Shown here: positions 5,868-10,100 of the stretch, one piece after another | Layout of the letters: each line of letters opens with the position of its first letter | Numbering within the stretch: the stretch's first letter is position 1 | Origin: Thermotogota bacterium | Lineage (GTDB): Bacteria > Bipolaricaulota > Bipolaricaulia > UBA7950 > UBA9294 | Direction of reading: 5' to 3' | NCBI GenBank assembly: GCA_039679545.1 | Contig: JBDKUT010000075.1 | Coordinates: 1-10,100 of the forward strand | Length of the DNA stretch: 10,100 bases | Position numbers and translations under genes: made by a program | Notes under the pieces: model-generated | Database searches by the model: none | The model's input: the letters and a program-made list of their open reading frames with translations, nothing else | What the model was told of the DNA's origin: nothing

Positions 5868-8800
5868 CTATCGATTCACGAACACGATGCCTTTTGCGGA
5901 GTCGGTGTTGCTCGGGTCGAAGGTGTTCGTCCCGTCCGTTGCCGCAAGGACGTAGATGTAGGCGCCGTTCGCAAGCGCATTGCCATCCTCGTTCACCCCG
6001 GTCCAGATGACTTCCGAGACATTCGCTTCGGTCTTTGCCCACACCGGGTGCCCGGCGAGGTCGTAGATTTCGACGGAGAACGTCGTCGCAATGCCCGAAC
6101 CGTCGTACGCGAAAGCGACTTCGTCGTTGAACGGGTTCGGCCCGGCGTAGAACGACGTGACTTCAAGCTCGCCCGATACGATGACCACCGTGGCCGAACT
6201 CGTATCGGTCGGATCCGTCGGGTCGACGTACGTTGCGGTGATCTCCTCGCCGACGGCTCCGTCGAGCACGATCGGATCCGTGACGAACATGTGGCTCTGG
6301 CTTCCGTACGTCGTGAGGTCGTAGGTGGCGCCGCCAATTGTGACCGCGCCGGACAGAGAGACATCCTGCGTGTGTGAGAGGTCGGTTATCCTCACACGAA
6401 GTGGATCTCCCTGCACGTACGAGTCGACGACGTTGCCCTGGGTGTCGATGAATTCGGTGCATGAGGCCTCGGTCGCCGTGCCGTTGCCACCGATCGAGAC
6501 CTTGATTGAGAGGACGGCCGAGTCGGAGTGGTTCGACGGATCCTGGTAGAAGGCGACGATCGTGTCGCCGGGCAAAACGCCGAGGGTTGGCACACACGTG
6601 TAGACGTCAACGAGGTCGACGCAGATGACGGATATGAAGACTCCGCTTGCCACGTTCGTCTCGAGCAGGTCAAGGGCCGCCCAACGTCCGCTGCGCGGGT
6701 TGAGGACGTAGATCCTCGGCGCGCCGTCGTTCGTGTCGCCCGCGTACGGATTCGGCGAGTTGTTGAAGATGTTCGTGTCGCCGAGCAGCGCGTTGACCGG
6801 GTGCAAGTTGACCCGGTCCGGAGTGCAGTCGAACGCGTTCAGCGGCAGCGGGCCGAACGGGATGTTCTGACCTTCGTCCCAGAAGCCGTCGATTCGCTCG
6901 CGACGGTACAGGTCCTCGTCCTGGTCGTCATCGATGACCTCGAGGAAGACGCAGTCCGAGTTCACGTAGTCCTCGACCTCGTTGCCGTTCCGATCGAGGA
7001 AATGCATCCTCGTCGTCGACCCGTCGTAGACCTGGGTATCGGCGATGGACATCAGATCGTACGAGACGTCGTTCGAGACACGGACTTTGTCGATTCGCGG
7101 GCCCGAGTACGCCGTGTACGTGCTCTCGTCGCCGAGCCCGAACATCCCTTGGTTGTTGTCCACGTAGTCCACGTCGTTGTAGCGAACATAGACGTCGTCC
7201 TCGTTGTACGCTTCGAGTTTCCAGTTGTCGAGGACGAGTTGATAGCCGCCGAGAAGGCCGGCGAGACCGACGCCGAGGGCATCCCACACGGGAAGGAGTT
7301 CCATTCCCGCGTTCGAGAAGAAGATGGACGAGTTCGACGACGTCTCATCGAGGGCCCAGAACTCCCCGTCGTCCTCGTCGTGCGGATTGCAGATGTGGAC
7401 AACGATCTGCTCAGGGCAGCACGCCTCGACGTTGGCGTTCTCGTCGATGACTTGAACGTAGACCGCGTCGCGACCGAGCCAGTACTCGCTCTTCTCCATG
7501 CGGGTCGCGTCAGTGAAGTTCGTTTGCGAAGTCTTGGCCTTCGAGCCGATGTACGCCACGGCCAGCTTGAAGTCATCTTCGTCGTTCGGGTCGAGGTAGT
7601 AGGCAACGAGCGTGTCGTTCCCATTCAGGCTGTTGAATCCGAGGTCGGCGAGGATCGAGTTGAGCTTGAGCTCGAAAATTCCCGTGTCCACGCCCGTTTC
7701 GCGAGCGTAGAACGAAATGGCCGTCACGCCGTTCGCACTCACCGTGTCGAACAGCGATCCGTGGTCCTCAAGGTCGAACACCCCAAGCTTCGGGTAGTGA
7801 ATGTAGTAGCGACCGTCTTTCGCTCCAGTCGTTCCGTAGTCGTTTTTCTCCGCGTTGTAGATGTTGAACCAGCGGATCGGCCGGTTGGTGTCGTCCACAG
7901 CCGGCGGCACGGGCGTTGCCGGCAGCGCCGGGTCTTGCGGGGTCAGGTAGTTGCCAGCGATGCCTCCCGTGCGCTTGAGCATGCAAAAGTTCGTCGCGTT
8001 GTTGCCGGTTTGCTTCTCGTCATCGTCGGGTGAGTTGGCCGGGTTCCACGACCCGGGGTTCACGATGATGAACACCGGCACGTACTCGACGCGGTTGCAG
8101 TTTAGGTTCTCATCGGCGTCGACGACGCGGATCGTTGCGGCCTCGTTTCCGTCCTTGTAGATGACGGTGTCGCCCCGCGAGCTCGTGGAGTCCCATGCGA
8201 TCGTTGCCTCCGTGTCGATGATCTTCATCATCGCGACCGCGACGTCGGTTTCCTCGTTTGGGTCCTGAACCATGCCGATCAGCGTATCCATGTTCTCGAA
8301 CCGGCCGATCAGCCACTCGGTTGGGGAGGTGGTGCGGTTCGAGTTCAGCTCGGACGGGAGAGCCCACTTCCAGGAATCCAGAGCGATGAGCCCTGTCTCG
8401 AACCCCGTTGAGTTGCCGGGGAGGTTGCCGACCCAGTAGAGTACGTCGCCGTCCGCGTTGTTTCCGCCCTTCGTCTCGTTGTGAACGTCCAGGAACGAGT
8501 AGTTGCCCCACTGGAACGACGTGCCCATGGTGGCGGAGGTCTTCGCGGCGAGGGGAGCGGCCCCTGCGGGTACGTCAACGACGTGCGTCCCCTTCCACAG
8601 CTCGCTCGCCCCGAAGCTCTCCCTGGTGCCGATCTGGAACGGGTGACTGCTCACGAAGACGCTCGTGTTGGCGCCGGTCTCCTCCAGGTAGTCCCCGTCG
8701 AGCCATCCCGGATTCCCGGGGTAGTGTCCCTTGTACGGAACGTAGCCGTCCTCGTCGTACCTCTTGCCGGCCGGGCTCCCCGTCTCGTTGACGTAGCTTA

Positions 8801-9053
8801 TCCACATGATGTAGGCGCCTGTCTTTGGGTCCATCAGCTTGACGTCGGTCCAGAACTTGTCTCGGACGTCGCAGTCGATGTTCTCGTCCGGATCGTAGAC
8901 GCAGATCCAGACCTCCGCTCCTTCCTGAACGTTCGTGACGCGGGTTCCGCCGTCTTGATCGGACGAGAAGTACATCTCGGCCGTGCTCGCGGCGAGCGGA
9001 AGAACCGCCAAGGTCACGACAACCCAAGCCAGCACTAACCCTCTACGCACCAT
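5868..9053 (-). CDS. Large secreted acidic repeat protein (1061 aa), S-layer/surface-protein-like, with C-terminal FlgD-Ig/T9SS-CTD-like domain
   Basis: ATG at 9053 after GAAGGAAGGGG. Sec-type signal peptide MVRRGLVLAWVVVTLAVLPLAASTA. Asp/Asn/Thr-rich with recurring V.D.D.N, L.ET...sgvF and Y.DP....D motifs. The last ~100 aa read GPNPFN...VEIYDLAGHPV...WTGVNEDGNALANGAYIY...KGIVFVNR. Confidence 0.85.
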   Translation of the reverse strand: MVRRGLVLAWVVVTLAVLPLAASTAEMYFSSDQDGGTRVTNVQEGAEVWICVYDPDENIDCDVRDKFWTDVKLMDPKTGAYIMWISYVNETGSPAGKRYDEDGYVPYKGHYPGNPGWLDGDYLEETGANTSVFVSSHPFQIGTRESFGASELWKGTHVVDVPAGAAPLAAKTSATMGTSFQWGNYSFLDVHNETKGGNNADGDVLYWVGNLPGNSTGFETGLIALDSWKWALPSELNSNRTTSPTEWLIGRFENMDTLIGMVQDPNEETDVAVAMMKIIDTEATIAWDSTSSRGDTVIYKDGNEAATIRVVDADENLNCNRVEYVPVFIIVNPGSWNPANSPDDDEKQTGNNATNFCMLKRTGGIAGNYLTPQDPALPATPVPPAVDDTNRPIRWFNIYNAEKNDYGTTGAKDGRYYIHYPKLGVFDLEDHGSLFDTVSANGVTAISFYARETGVDTGIFELKLNSILADLGFNSLNGNDTLVAYYLDPNDEDDFKLAVAYIGSKAKTSQTNFTDATRMEKSEYWLGRDAVYVQVIDENANVEACCPEQIVVHICNPHDEDDGEFWALDETSSNSSIFFSNAGMELLPVWDALGVGLAGLLGGYQLVLDNWKLEAYNEDDVYVRYNDVDYVDNNQGMFGLGDESTYTAYSGPRIDKVRVSNDVSYDLMSIADTQVYDGSTTRMHFLDRNGNEVEDYVNSDCVFLEVIDDDQDEDLYRRERIDGFWDEGQNIPFGPLPLNAFDCTPDRVNLHPVNALLGDTNIFNNSPNPYAGDTNDGAPRIYVLNPRSGRWAALDLLETNVASGVFISVICVDLVDVYTCVPTLGVLPGDTIVAFYQDPSNHSDSAVLSIKVSIGGNGTATEASCTEFIDTQGNVVDSYVQGDPLRVRITDLSHTQDVSLSGAVTIGGATYDLTTYGSQSHMFVTDPIVLDGAVGEEITATYVDPTDPTDTSSATVVIVSGELEVTSFYAGPNPFNDEVAFAYDGSGIATTFSVEIYDLAGHPVWAKTEANVSEVIWTGVNEDGNALANGAYIYVLAATDGTNTFDPSNTDSAKGIVFVNR
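6180..8980 (-). repeat. About five degenerate protein-level repeats (probably Ig-like beta-sandwiches) in the surface protein
   Basis: Approximate units: R1 8980-8215 (VYDPDEN / LEETGANTSVF / VQDPNEETD), R2 8210-7550 (VVDADEN / RETGVDTGIF / YLDPNDEDD), R3 7535-7040 (VIDENAN / LDETSSNSSIF / VRYND), R4 7020-6490 (VIDDDQD / LLETNVASGVF / YQDPSNHSD), R5 6465-6180 (ITDLSH / YVDPTDPTD). Not evident as DNA repeats. Confidence 0.7.
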
Positions 9054-9126
9054 GGCTTGCCCCTTCCTTCTCACGCAGACGTACCTCGACGCGGAATCCC
9101 CTTGCGCCGAACGTTGGACTGTCACC

Positions 9127-9155
9127 AAGGTAGGCTCCGCAAACGACGGTGTCAA
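9127..9155 (-). promoter_or_regulatory. Sigma70-type promoter of the surface-protein gene: TTGACA-N17-TACCTT
   Basis: Minus strand: consensus -35 TTGACA (9155-9150), exactly 17 nt, -10 TACCTT (9132-9127). Predicted start near 9120, about 67 nt before the ATG. Confidence 0.7.
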
Positions 9156-9249
9156 GTCATCTTGCACGCTACGAACGCGACGCCCGTCCTGAGGAATCCG
9201 CGTGGAGCCGGGCTTGAGCGAAAGCACCGTAGAGAAATGCGGGAGACGC

Positions 9250-10098
9250 CTAGCGCGGAGGGCTGAAACGGATGACGACGATGTCTCCGTCTTGGATCTT
9301 GTAATCGCGCCCCTCGAGGCGGCGCTTGCCAGCTTTGGCCGCCGCGGCCTCGGATCCACACTCGATCAGATCTTCGTACGCGATGACTTCCATGCGGATG
9401 AACCCACGCTCCATGTCGGTGTGGATCTTCCCCGCCGCGGCGGGGGCTTTGTCGCCGCGCCGGCACGTCCACACGTGGACCTCCTTCTCGCCCGCCGTGA
9501 AGAAGTCCACGAGTCCAAGCTTGCGATAAGCGGCGCGGATCAGCCGGTCGATCGACAACTCGGCGACGCCGAGCTCGGCAAGGAAGGGGCCTCGGTCTTC
9601 CGGCGGGAGTTCACTGATGTCGGCCTCTTCGCGCCCACAGATGGAAATGACTTCGCTTCCCTCCGCTGACGCCCGCTCGCGGAGGGCGGCTGCGCCGGGT
9701 CCGTCTGCGTCTCGCGGGAAGAGGAGGTTGGCCACGTAGAGAACGGGCTTTTGTGACATGAGGTTGCAGTCCGCGACGCTTGCCTGCTCGACCTCGGTCA
9801 GCCCCTGGTTTCGCGCGGGGATGCCCGCGTGAAGGTCTCGGAGCACCTTCTCGCAGTCTTCGGATTCGCGAACCGCAAACTTGTCTCCGATTCGGACCCG
9901 CTTGACGAGTCGTGCGATCTTCCGCTCGACGGTCTGCGCGTCGGCCACCATCAGCTCGAGGTCGACCGTCTCGACGTCGTGGAGCGGACTCGGCGGGTGT
10001 TCAGGAGCCGCGAAGCAACGGACGACGTGGATCAGAGCGTCCGCCTCCTTGATGTGGGTGAGAAGGCGCGACCCGCGTCCTCCTTCCGCGGTCGATCC
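9250..10098 (-). CDS. ychF: Redox-regulated ATPase YchF (Obg family), 5'-truncated
   Basis: Frame is open to the window edge: GSTAEGGRGSRLLTHIKEADALIHVVRCF...VDLELMVAD, then KPVLYVAN and the TGS-like C-terminus FFTAGEKEVHVWT...APAAAGKIHTDMERGFIRMEV...RLEGRDYKIQDGD. Confidence 0.95.
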   Translation of the reverse strand, partial: GSTAEGGRGSRLLTHIKEADALIHVVRCFAAPEHPPSPLHDVETVDLELMVADAQTVERKIARLVKRVRIGDKFAVRESEDCEKVLRDLHAGIPARNQGLTEVEQASVADCNLMSQKPVLYVANLLFPRDADGPGAAALRERASAEGSEVISICGREEADISELPPEDRGPFLAELGVAELSIDRLIRAAYRKLGLVDFFTAGEKEVHVWTCRRGDKAPAAAGKIHTDMERGFIRMEVIAYEDLIECGSEAAAAKAGKRRLEGRDYKIQDGDIVVIRFSPPR

Positions 10099-10100
10099 TT

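Noticed and set aside
6528..8033. 501-aa plus-strand ORF antisense to the surface protein (also 5283-6377 and 8481-9038)
   Set aside because: Shadow ORFs expected from GC-rich codon bias on the coding strand; V/R/D-rich with no recognisable motifs or SD.
9054..9359. 102-codon N-terminal extension of the large ORF in the track (1163 aa)
   Set aside because: It overlaps ychF and runs across the promoter; the SD and signal peptide place the start at 9053.
1..10100. CRISPR arrays, tRNA/rRNA genes, IS ends, riboswitches
   Set aside because: The window is almost fully coding, gaps are under 200 bp, and I saw no spaced direct repeats, cloverleaf or known aptamer pattern by eye. An Infernal/Rfam scan would be needed to exclude small RNAs.

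Overview
GC-rich bacterial chromosomal segment with nine coding regions and no recognisable rRNA, tRNA, CRISPR array or mobile element. Left to right: a 5'-truncated classical SDR oxidoreductase and a serine-palmitoyltransferase-like alpha-oxoamine synthase (+, candidate sphingolipid start module); a PrsW-family intramembrane protease (-); a Cys-rich DUF6144/V4R-like protein whose N-terminus resembles an integrase core-binding domain (-); a divergent + cluster of an apparently leaderless class II glutamine amidotransferase, a HExxH...NEG zinc peptidase and a single-domain EamA transporter; a 1061-aa secreted acidic protein with about five Ig-like repeats and a FlgD-Ig/T9SS-CTD-like C-terminus (-), with its own TTGACA-N17-TACCTT promoter and terminator; and the 3' part of a divergent ychF (-). 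The best leads are the S-layer-like repeat protein with a sorting-type C-terminal domain, the SDR-SPT pair, and the divergent DUF6144 / GATase-peptidase-EamA locus with a palindrome between the genes. All family calls come from motif recognition by eye; no database searches were run.
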